Shown here piece by piece: positions 26,791-38,152 of a stretch of 64,000 nt of DNA; positions within the stretch are counted from its first letter, which is position 1, and each line of letters starts with the position of its first letter. The DNA is from Amoeboaphelidium protococcarum X5 (taxonomy: Eukaryota; Fungi; Aphelidiomycota): contig JALDTO010000179.1 of the NCBI GenBank assembly GCA_023515725.1, positions 198,039 to 262,038 on the forward strand, written 5' to 3'. The notes under the pieces are model-generated. The model ran no database searches, was not told the DNA's origin, and saw nothing but the letters and a program-made list of their open reading frames with translations. A program made the position numbers and the translations under genes.

Positions 26791-29232
26791 ATGGATTAGT
26801 AGTCACAACCAATTAAGAATAATGGTGCTGGTGTGTAAAAATCGCAATTATCTCAGCTGAGCCTTCGTCTCAAGCAGGCATCACTCAATGCGATAACAAA
26901 TGCTATTTAATCTAATAATGATAGTCCTAATGATGGCAAGGATAGCGACAATCTGGTGGCTTTCAAGTCTGTGCTTAGTGCGATTAAACACCCCATGGCG
27001 TTGTTCAGTGTCAGCTTCATGTGCTTGTTTTGCAATCAGGCATTTGAACAGTACGTTGGCTTGAATACTCCATTGACTGGTTCATTCTTGCATGATATAT
27101 TCTAGGATATTGCACCTCAAGCTCTGGATTGTCTGGTCACCTCACAAGCTTAGCCTTCTACCACTACCTCATCGTCTCAATCTGTGCCAGATTTAAGCCA
27201 ATCGTCGCCTGTTTCAATTCGCGCCAAGCCCGTCGAGATCACAGGCGGTAGCGGTGCCAGCGGCTGTGGTAATAACACTTCATCACGCGCCTCTATTAAA
27301 TGGAATAATAGTGGTAGTAATAATAATAACAGTTTGGCGCGGAGGTAAAGCGATCAAGTTGCTGGTATTATGGCTGATGAAGAAAACAGTGGTTAAGCTC
27401 CTGTTGAACGTCAGTTCCAGGTTGAAGTTGACGGCGTTTACTCTGTGTTGAGTATTGTCAAAGCTGATCAGTATTTTCTGGTGAACATTGAAGAAGACAA
27501 AAGTTACTCCCAAGATTGTCTCAATGTCGCATCTGATCGTGGATCTCTTAGTCAGATCTCTAGTCCTCTATCCCAGTCCACGCCATCTTTGAGCCGTTAC
27601 AAGAATGAGTTCACTGAGCTGGAATGTCTTGGTAAAGGTGCTTACGGTGTGGTCTACCGCGCGATTAATCGCATTGATGGTATGGAATATGCTATAAAAA
27701 AGATCAAGTTGAAGACCTCTAGTGACCCGGCTAAACGCTTCTACTATGAAGATAAGCTTTTGCGAGAGGTGCAAGCATTTGCTCGTATCTCTGACCATCC
27801 GAATGTATTGCGTTATTACTCTGCTTGGACTGAGTGTGCTCCCGTAGATTATGCTTTGTCTAATCAACAAGTTGGTGATGCAGTTATGTCGAGTCATTTC
27901 TCTGATGAAGATGATGACTTTGGGTTTAATGCTGGTATGCCTCACGTAGATAGTGGTGATGGGGAATCTTTATTCTTCAACAGTTTTGTACCATCTTTGG
28001 TGGCATCATCGTCCACTTCATCGTCTAATTAGCATCGATAACTGCAGTTGTCTAATTCTGCTCCGTAGTCTCGATTTAACAACAGATCTTATGGTAAGCT
28101 GTCTCAGGCACCCAAGATTCGTTCTCGTATGGCATCACATGATGTACCAGGAAGTATGAACTTGATGTTGGAGCAGATTGATCGCCGCCCTTCTTGTCCT
28201 GCGTATGAAGACCATACTCGCAATAATCGCAGAAAGAAGCCCAAGATTGTCTCTACGCTGTATCTGTAAATGCAGCTGTGTAATTCCAAAGATTTGAGAT
28301 GGTGGCTGAGTGCCCGAAATGCTCTAGTTGATGTTAATTAGTCCTTATAGCAGCAGTAGTTAATTGACGTGTTGAGCTTGTTCCGGTAGATTGTCGATGC
28401 TGTCCAGTATATTCACGCCAAAGGTTTTGTGCATCGTGATATTAAACCAGAGAATATCTTTGTGGAGAATAATACAGTTTATCTCAGTGATTTTGGACTA
28501 ACTAAAGCGATCATTGGTGATGGTGCGTAGTAATAAGTATCTGCACATTAAAGAGGCTCTCTGGCAGGTAACAACAGTCAGGATAAGGAAGGCACTTATA
28601 TCTACATGGCGCCAAATTATAATGCCTAGAGTCCATCCACATTTATTGATATCTATGCTATGGGCGTGGTGTTTATTGAGTTGCTGAAGCCATTTAGAAC
28701 TGGCATGGAACGAGCTGTTGTTCTAACTTAGGTGCGTAAAGGTATTTTACCGGATGATTTGAAGCGCAATTATCCTCAGTTGTTCACTTTGATTGAGAAG
28801 ATGGTTACGCCTTCTAATGGCGAAAATTTGGATGCCGCTAATGTTTTGACGGAGATTGAATAGCTTCTTCAGAGTATTAAATCACCATCACCTGCTCAGA
28901 CACCATCTGTGGAGAAGCCACAACTGCTCAGGAGTAGCATTTCCTCAGTAACTGCTCGTCTCGGTCGCAGATGGTCTAGTAATGATTTTGTGCGCGAAAA
29001 GTTTTAACCTTCACTGGATTAAAATACTAGTGGTAGTAACTATCACCATCAGCACAATCCTGTATTTGATATGGATCTTGCCGACAGCGTTATAGGTAGT
29101 AGTAATGGTGGTAGTGGAGGTGGTGGGCACCTGTAAGATCAATTGAAAAAGTTGTAAGATGAAGTAGCCCACCTGAGAATGTAATTATAAGAAAAAGATA
29201 AACAGTTGAGTTCGCTCAAGGCTAATACTTGA
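26791..29232 (+). CDS. eIF2-alpha kinase, HRI-like, with N-terminal PAS-like domain
   Basis: [27 protein letters not shown], long kinase insert, [20 protein letters not shown] and a C-terminal coiled coil. Confidence 0.88.
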
Positions 29233-29347
29233 ACTGGCCAGATTAACCAACTGTATGAAATGTATTAATATAAATCAGCAATAAAGAATATAAAAATGAA
29301 TCTACAAATAAAAAATAATTCTATTATGATTGATTTTAATTGGTCTT

Positions 29348-32300
29348 TCAATATATTGCTCTCATACGTTGCTCCATCAATTTGATGATATCAGCGTTGT
29401 GGCAATTTATACAATCCACTCAACTCCAGTTCTCTGAGATAAATCTGGCCAGATCATGCTTGCCACGCAATTACAAATTCAGTCCACACTACTTTAAAAT
29501 GTATGCGTAATCTTCATCATTGAAGGACGCCAACCTACCACCCAACTTCAATTGATGGGCGTAAAATGCATATTCTACATCTGCAGTATTAGGCAACTAC
29601 GGATTAACAGCATTGGATCGCAAAAACTCAGCCAGAAATCCAACGGCGTCAGTCACAGTCTGCAATTATTATGATAGCAACATTTGAAACCACACGTCAT
29701 TAGACTCAGAGGCACACTACAGCTTGGTCTGCTTAAGTTGATTTATCTGCACATTATTATTACCACCACCATTGTAAATTCTGGCAATCAATAGCGCCAG
29801 ATCAAGATCAGACATCTGCTTTACGCATACATTCAAGGCATCATCCAACTGACCACCAAGTAGGAAGAACGCTGCAGCATATTCGTATCGCTATTTACCA
29901 AGGAGAGCATATGCATTCTTAATGGCAGCAGTTTTCCAGCGATCCTCATTAAAGTTATTGGCAGTGAACTTCAGCATGGCCGCCTACTCGGGATGACCAT
30001 GAGCTAATCTCCACAGACCAGCCCATAACTTTTACTTTCCCAAAGCAATGTACAGCAGAGCACAATCAACAGGATTCTTGCGATCATCGTGCATGTACAA
30101 GTCCCTGGCCAGCTTCTCAGCATACTTTATTACAATGCTGTCATCTTTGGCCCACCAGTGCAAACCAATCTCCTTAAATTACTTCCACTGCATTGAACCA
30201 CCCAATTTCCAAACTTGTTCACAAAGTACATCCTGATTCTTGGCATTATAAGCCCAAACGTAATCACGACTCGACATTTACATTTTATGACCATTCAGAT
30301 ATAGATTCGCCTCAACATAGTATCTACTTCCCCACGTATCAAACAGAGATTTTAATTACTATACCTCAGAATATACGGACAATAAAGTTCTAGCACATTC
30401 TTAGTCTTTTTCCTGATACAAATCATGCGAATCTCGTATAAGCTCTTTCAGTGTTACTAATTCGTCCATGGAAATCGATTGCTCGCTAGCACCTTGATCT
30501 ATATCAGTAGAAGTATCAGCATCGTCAAAAAAGGAGAATGTGGTGACAGTTTACTTCTTTTACTTCTGGGCATCCATTTTAAAAACAGTATCGTAACAAA
30601 GTTAATTCAGCGCATTAAAATCTGCGGATTAGAGCGCATTAAGGAGGCTCTTCAGAATGCAGTCCAAATTCTCGATGCAATTGAATCTCAACATCTAGAG
30701 CATACAAATAGGACTATACAATGGTAACGCGCTTTTCGCAATATTGTAGTTATAATGAATAAGGGATGAATCCACGGAATAAACCAACTAGTCTCTATGT
30801 GTGACACAGATGGAATTAACCGGATGACCAAAAGTTATTTCTTTTACGCAAATGAAGGATAACACATCACTTTGATAGCCAGTAGGAGTCCCACATTCCA
30901 ACTTAAATAATCGCAGAGTCTTAGAATCGAAAAGCACCGCTAGTAAAACTTCTTTTTAAGAATTGATATAGATCGAATAATCTTGAGGCATTTAGTCCAA
31001 AACAAGACAACTAAGCAATTTTACATCCGTTTGGGACAAATTACTATCAATTGACATCATGACATCAATTTGAAAATTCAAATCTTTCTAATTCATAACA
31101 GCACAAACATTTCTACAACACTTCTTTGATATGACACTGCCATATGAACTTAAGCCATTCATTCTAGTGTCTATTATACTTTAAAATACTTCTTTTTAAT
31201 CAATAAAGTCTACAGAACCATAATTTACTGAACCAACAGCTTTTGCCAAGCCTTGCTTCAAATCTTCCAAGACATAAGCTACACACTTTTGGTCAGATAA
31301 TCGTCTAAAATGCAAATTACCATCACTGATTTTATAATCTTGACACTGAGCAGTCAGTAATCTTTGTAAAGTGCCGTTTTCTCTCTATAAATACAAGGCT
31401 ATTTATTATTCATCACCGCGCACCATGTATAGTCCTTCAGCAATCAATTCGATAAAGTTCACCTTCCAATATTGGCCATACCTGACAGATGACAATTAGA
31501 TTGACGGGACATTATTCTCCTTAAATTCAAACGCGACCGAGAACATAATTTCACAATAACTACTGATTGAATCAACAGCACGATTCCTAAAGTGGTATTA
31601 CTTTTACTTGTATCCAATATACAAACTCGGATTCGTACATAACTACTTAACCAAATCTTGCTAATCTGTAAAACTCAATCGCTAAACTATTCCCATAACC
31701 ATACACTAATTTATCTGAAATTATTCTAAATCTTGCATCACATTACCATCAGCCAGAGATGGACTATCAATCGAGACTTAAGACCTTTTAGGTTCACCCC
31801 AATACAAGAATGTGCCATTAGAGTTAAAACTGAAATGTACAGCCTGAAAGAGCTCATTATAATCTCCCATAATCACAACAAGGTCCCCATCCAACTCTTA
31901 ATCTGAATCATCCTCAGCATCACCATTGTGCTATAAACTACCAGCATCCAAATTCTCATGAGATAACTTGCCTCGATGCAACCGCAAACTGTTAATACAG
32001 CCAATATCATAATCCCCGGATCTCCATTCATTTGCATCTAATCTCATAACTTCAACGTATTAATAATCACCACCTTTATTATCTTAACGTTAGTATTTAA
32101 GCATTTACCCAACTTTAGTATGAACAAGCAGGTGACCATCTTTATCCCATCTAGCCGTAATTACATCCCTAACATTAAGCAATGTAAATCTGTGATAGTC
32201 AGCCTTGAAAAGCTTATTCAACTTTAATGGAATATTGCAAATCATCGCATAACCATTCAATAATAGCAGATACTCACAGTGTATAGAAGGATTCAACTAA

Positions 32301-32782
32301 AAGAAGTATGAGTACATAGAATCTTCAGCATTACCTTATAAAGAGACTTTATTAAACTGCAGCTAAGCATTCTCAATACAATACAAGTATACCCCACAAT
32401 CAGTCATCCAACCATGATACTAATCATTAATAGACACATGGAGCACTTGAGAGTCATAAATGGGCCACTCTTTCACCAACTCCAACTTTAGTCGATCCTA
32501 TTGATCACTGTCGTTCAAGTACTAAAATATTCCATCATCGCCTCTCACTATACTTATCATAGTTGAATCTTTAGTATCAGACTAAGTAATATCATATTAT
32601 CCATGAGAATGAGTATTCAAAGTTGGTGCAAATACTGAAATCTTTGACTCGGTTCCAACAATCAATTAATTCAAGCCATGGTGATACTAACAATCTCGAA
32701 TGCGACCATCATTCAGATACACACTCACACCATTGATTCTCAACACACTTCCATCTATAGAAACATCTACCAAATTCTTCAT
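29348..32782 (-). CDS. RAV1: RAVE subunit Rav1/rabconnectin-3-like protein
   Basis: Rav1p_C motif NNFNEDRWKTAAIKNAYALLGKQRYEYAAAFFLLGG, with a beta-rich N-terminus. Confidence 0.9.
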
Positions 32783-33142
32783 ACTCAATTAATAATAAGT
32801 CAATTAATGATAAGACAGATTATAAATTGAATTAAAGAGTACTGTATATAGAACTTTAACGGCTTTCGAGTTCAACAAGAAAGAAAGAAAGATTGAAGTG
32901 AAACCAGCAGGGAGTAAAGCGAGAAACAGCAGAACAGAGCGCTCTCTTTCAGGCCTTCGTCTTTCTCTGATTTCCAGTGTTTTACTCTCTTACAGTACTT
33001 TCTTTCGTATTTTCTCTTTAGTGTCGTAATCTGCCATACACTCTCCGTAAACGCATCTATTTGAAGTGATTGAAAACGACAATTTAATTCATACCAGTCA
33101 AGAACAGTAAGTTTTAGCAGCACAGCTCAAATCAAAACACTG

Positions 33143-33406
33143 ATGACGATCGTTTAGGGGAAGAATCGTGCTCAATCGAATGGAGTAATACAGTTACATG
33201 ACGTCCAGGATTTCATTAGCCGTCTCGCTGCTTTCATGATTGAGGAGGAGCAAGATGTCGACTTTGCAAAACTGGGCAGAACGGCCAACAAGCTGATGCA
33301 CACTGCTCCACGCGCGTCGTTTCTGCTCGGCACCATGTCGTTGACGAAGAAAGTTCGCGTTCAGAAGGCGCGAGTGAATAAAGTGTCTGTATTTTATATC
33401 TCTTGA
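33143..33406 (+). pseudogene. NSE4/EID-like internal fragment
   Basis: DFISRL..FM...DFAKLGR..APRASFLLGTMSLTKKVR resembles the Nse4 middle region. Lacks the kleisin termini. Confidence 0.5.
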
Positions 33407-33508
33407 AGATTGTATTAAAATATACTCAGTGATAAAACATGTATTTCAGGTTACTCCATAATTTTCTAGCTTGTCACTTTACAACTTGTCTGTGTAACAA
33501 AAGTATGA

Positions 33509-33772
33509 CAACGACAAGAACACAATTTTATCGAGTCAGATGGTGAAGGTTATGCATTTGAGATTGCTAATAAGAGCGGAGTTGTCCCGTACCAGCCCGA
33601 AATTCCGGAGCCAGCCTACTTCGATAAGAATGCCACCTCTAAAGATTATTTCCTGCACAAGTTGGTGAATGCTGAGCGAGCCAGTTACAAAGCGCCTGGA
33701 GTTGCGCCAAAGATTTCACGAACCAGGTCAGTGCTGTTGTATGATGTTGCAGAGCGATTCCTGCTCAAGTGA
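33509..33772 (+). pseudogene. RapGAP domain C-terminal fragment
   Basis: VVPYQPEIPEPAYF..FLHKLVNAERASYKAP..RTRSVLL. Preceded by an in-frame TGA at 33506 and has no start codon. Confidence 0.7.
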
Positions 33773-34022
33773 GTGTGATGCTGTTTGTGAACTTTAGTAT
33801 GATGCTAAGAAGAAGAATAGGATTAGCCAGGACTAGTTTATGAGTTTTGAGAGAGAAAATCTAGCTGTTGTTGAAGAATAAAAATTCTTTGATTTTGGTA
33901 TCCACTTTCCAATTGTATTATGGAGTCTCACTCTATATTACATATGCCCTTTTAAATAAACCCACAAAGCAAGTTGACTTTTCCTTAGCCACCATTCATA
34001 GACGTTTATAATTTTAATAAAG

Positions 34023-34466
34023 TCACCGCACATTGGTAGGAGGTTCGCACTCTGGTATTTTACCAAATTCAAAAGGTCGCGTCCACACTGCGGGATCAAC
34101 TACTTATTACGACTTGGATTCTGAAGACGAGATGTTCACACTTTAAGGTATTCCAAGTTGTTAATTAGACAGATTTTACGGCGCAGACTGTGCAAATGGA
34201 TTGCTAGTTAGAGATTACTATTATGCATCAGCCTCTTAGTTGCGCTTAGAAAAACAATCCCGCAATAGATACGACTCTTGTTTGACGCTGTACATACAAT
34301 ATACAAAAAATTTGGCCACAGCCTTGACTTTGGTCAGTGCGGACTTTTAAGTTCCCCTTAAGAGTATCGTACAGCTCACAGCATCTTCAACCACATTGTA
34401 ACACGCGATCAGAGGATACAAAAGACAGCCAATGAATATACTTAGGGCAGATTTAAACGCTTCCAT
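34023..34466 (-). CDS. Hypothetical protein (147 aa) with hydrophobic N-terminus
   Basis: ATG-to-TGA ORF under TAR=Gln. No recognised motif. Confidence 0.45.
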
Positions 34467-34542
34467 TCCTTAAAAGAAGATATAATACTTTAATTCAAAC
34501 ACAGCGATTAATTATTGAAAATAGAATTATCCAAAGAGATAT

Positions 34543-35880
34543 TCACTCTTTAATCGAAGGACCAACAGCACATTTAAGAGCCAGAATCCATCGTCTGTAC
34601 GACAAGGTATCGGCAGCAGCAAAATATAAGCACTTTTGTTTGCTTAAACGGATAGAAAACACTAAGCGACGCTTACATATACTCTCATCAACTGGCTAGA
34701 TGACTGTACGATAAGACAGTTTAGATAAATCGGCAACAACTGTATACGAAGATTCATCACCTGCTAAAACTAATGTCTAATCCTTAAGTAATCGATAGCG
34801 GTTCTACTTCCAAGTAGAATTCTTACTCAGATCTTTAGAGGATGATAAATATCCAATCATCAAAGCACCACTACCTTTAGAACCACTTGATCCGTATGAA
34901 TGCTATGACAAGGATCGACTAAGTGAAGAGCTATTCAGTAAACTCTGGATTTCATGAGATGAAGATTGGAATACTTTTTGTAAAGCATCAAGCCATAAAG
35001 ACAAATTACCATCTACACTGATGAAAGTGGCATTTTTCAGTTTGAATCCATTAGAATTAATAGTTTCTAATCCATCCACGGTGCTCAAATCAAATACCAC
35101 AAGAGAATCATTAGCATTAAGTCTACGGCAAGCTTTAATTTTGCAATTGTCCAAATAACAGAATGTGAGGTGGAATTCTGACTAATCTTCATACTTAAGC
35201 ATAAAATATTCTTCAACTAGATATTCAATATCCGAGACACCACCACCCTTTGACAGTTGAGGCCTTAATTGCGCTTCCACATCTGCATCTGATGGGTAAG
35301 AGTCATTGCTCTGATAATCAAACTGGTAATCAGAAAGTTCTGCATTTAAAATCTAATGCACTTTAAATCCAATGTTATCAATATGCTAATTGTATGCATC
35401 AATTAGACGAACAGCATCATAATACCCAAGTAAAAGCTATTTGTACAGACTACTCTGCGCCAAATTAAACTATTCCAATTAACTTTGCTATGACACTGAG
35501 ACGCTGGCCAGCTATTGTAGAGCACCTCCCACACGTAAAAGATTTTCATGAATCAAGTTCCCCACGGTAACATCATCCACTATACCCAATGCGTTGCTGA
35601 TATTAACACTGGCCTTATTATGCGCCAGTTTTAATTACTCTGACGATGATGAAGGTGACAATATACTCGAAGATGAGGTGATAGCAGGCGCGGTCTAATT
35701 ACTCACAGTATCATGGATCATCAGCAGGGAATCAATGTATATCTGGTAAGAGTTTATAGACTTTCTACAAGTCGCCTTCACTTTCTAATCAGAATCACTA
35801 AGAGCAGTCAGCTAAGACTTGATAGACAGAATTTGACGAGAGGTCAGATACTTTATAACAGCAGTGGCCACTCCAAGTTA
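34543..35880 (-). CDS. PH-domain protein (helical N-terminus, probably two PH domains); start uncertain
   Basis: Long open frame ending in the PH helix LYFAAADTLSYRRWILALK. First in-frame ATG is at 35721 and the 5' region abuts the MITE. Confidence 0.6.
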
Positions 35881-35966
35881 TATTTTAGTGAAAATTTTAC
35901 TCCCAAGAAAGAGAATGTAAATAGTAAAAGAACTGAAAATGGGTAAATGCGGCGAGAAACCGTTAA

Positions 35967-36521
35967 CAGTGTTTCAACGTAGGCGCCTGACAGAAAAACA
36001 GAGATTTGTTGTAAAACAAAATGGCGCATTTTATCGCATCAAACACTGCTTTTAATAAATATACATTAGCTTATACATAATTTTATGGCGATTCAGGCAA
36101 TGATAATCCGTTAATTTGCATCACGTCTGTGACTCGAGTTGTTAGTCTCTGAAAATCGACCCTTTTAAAAATACTCCACACAAAATTTTAAACGCGCAAT
36201 TTTTTTTACCCAAAGCAACAGACCAACTTTACCATAATATATATTAAGTTATGGCGCATCTTTTTTATTCTTATGGTATCCACATATCTTTTCTACTTTT
36301 CAAGTTACGAAGGCTTAAAAACCGAATTTTAACACTAAGTTCTAAGTATTGGCGTATATCTCAATCGCATGACGTGTTAATAACTATTGCTTAGCATTGC
36401 CGAACTCACCACAAAAAATACTATCAGAAAGTATCAAGTTGTTAGTTTAAATGTTTGGTGCGATAAAAAAAGGTAAATTTTTTTACAATTTACGTTGTAA
36501 GGCGCTTACGTTGAAACACTG
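35967..36521. mobile_element. Non-autonomous DNA transposon (MITE), 555 bp, flanked by TTAA
   Basis: TIR CAGTGTTTCAACGTA(G/A)GCGCCT(G/T)ACA at both ends. Subterminal inverted TTTTATCGCA(T/C)CAAACA. TTAA at 35963-66 and 36522-25. AT-rich non-coding interior. Confidence 0.88.
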
Positions 36522-36843
36522 TTAAAATGTCAAGATTGTCAATGAAAACGGCCACTCCAAAACAAGGTGCCTACATTGGTCAAGAAACACACAACTACAG
36601 GTTTCCATTGTGTCTGCATTATAACAGAAGTCCAAGACTAACTTTGTGAATACATAATCCGACTTTGTTTTAATCGATCCGTTCAATTTAGTTCAGTGCA
36701 GAAGCAAACGAAGTACACTACTATTTTTACGCCGACTATCAAATTTAATACCGGTATAAACGAAATAAAAATTCTTAAAGATTAAGTATATAAAATCTAT
36801 TTATTAAAATATCGAAATCGTGCTTTCAAGGAGACATTGGTAT

Positions 36844-37965
36844 TCAGTTCAGACGGAGTTTGCCTAAAAACTTCTAGATTTTGGACTGACGCGACTTGAC
36901 AATAGACGGCTTACGATCGTCGCGCAATGAATTTTCCTCGGGTAAAAAATTCGCTTGGTAAAAACACTAAGGGAATCTAATCTTCAAGCTTCCCGCAATC
37001 TTTATCGCGTATTCACTCACACCAATATAGTTCAAATCTTTCACTATGCGGCATGCATTAGCGGAAGTTGCCAAATCCCAAATTCCTTTTAGCGCTACTA
37101 ACACAATCGGTTTAGAGTCCAAATAACCTCCCATACGCAGAAGCTAGAACAAATCCTCCAAAGGGGCTTGTACAATACTCCGGTCCACTAAAGCAGAATA
37201 TGCAAGTTTTCCGACATTCGCACTATATAAGCTTAAATCTAAAGCTCTCTACTTGGGATCTTTAAACAATTCCAAGACATTCTCGTCATCCACTTGTGAA
37301 AAAAATAGCAGACGCGACATTTAAATTTCATAATCCTCAAATACCAAAGTTATAGTTTAGTCAAGAGCAGTCATCCTTCTTACGATATCGTCATTTTACC
37401 AATTACGAATCAGAGACAATAAAGGATCATACATTTGAAGAAATTAATTATAGGATGAACGCGTTACAGCCAAAACAAAATGGAATGAGAACGGTTAGTT
37501 AACAGGCAAAGAGCCGCATCTCGCAGAATAATGTACGCGCTACTAAAATCCTGCTATAGCTTCCTGTAAAGGTTAGTCACGTCCAATGAAACGGAAAGCA
37601 CATGAAGCCTTTAGTAGAAGTTTCTTATTATTGTCTTTAAGGCAAGATGAAATTGCAAATACAAGCGGTGGCTTTTTGACTGTATCACCAGGACAACTTT
37701 CGAGACACTCTACCCAAAACTGAAATACATAGTCATCTTAGATAAATGGCATTATCTCCACTTGCCATTTACCCATCCTTTCTAAACCTGAATGTTCAAC
37801 GTCCAAAACAAGCTTTGGTTGATGCGACCCTAAAACTTAACTATAAATTGCAGGCGGCATGTCAACATCCAATTTAAAGACTGGTAGAAGATCCAGGCCA
37901 TCATTATTCATGGAGTATATAAAACAAGCAAATATGCAGATAAATAAGCAGTTGATGGATATCAT
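36844..37965 (-). CDS. Signal-peptide protein with MATH-like and BTB-like domains (373 aa)
   Basis: Intronless ORF checked codon by codon. Starts MISINCLFICIFACFIYS. WQVEIMPF..DDYVFQFWVEC is MATH-like and ITLVFEDYEIQMSRLLF is BTB-like. Confidence 0.55.
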
Positions 37966-38152
37966 TTCAGGAAATAAACACTTTTTTATCAGTATTATCA
38001 AATAGATTAAATGCAAACTCTACAAATTTAGCAGCTTATGTCCTCTCAAAGTTCCCCTGATTAGATGCTGAAAGTGCACTGTACGAGCCAGTAATATTTA
38101 CGCGTTTCTATAATTATACATTCAGTTATTCATTAATTTAATCGATATTGAT

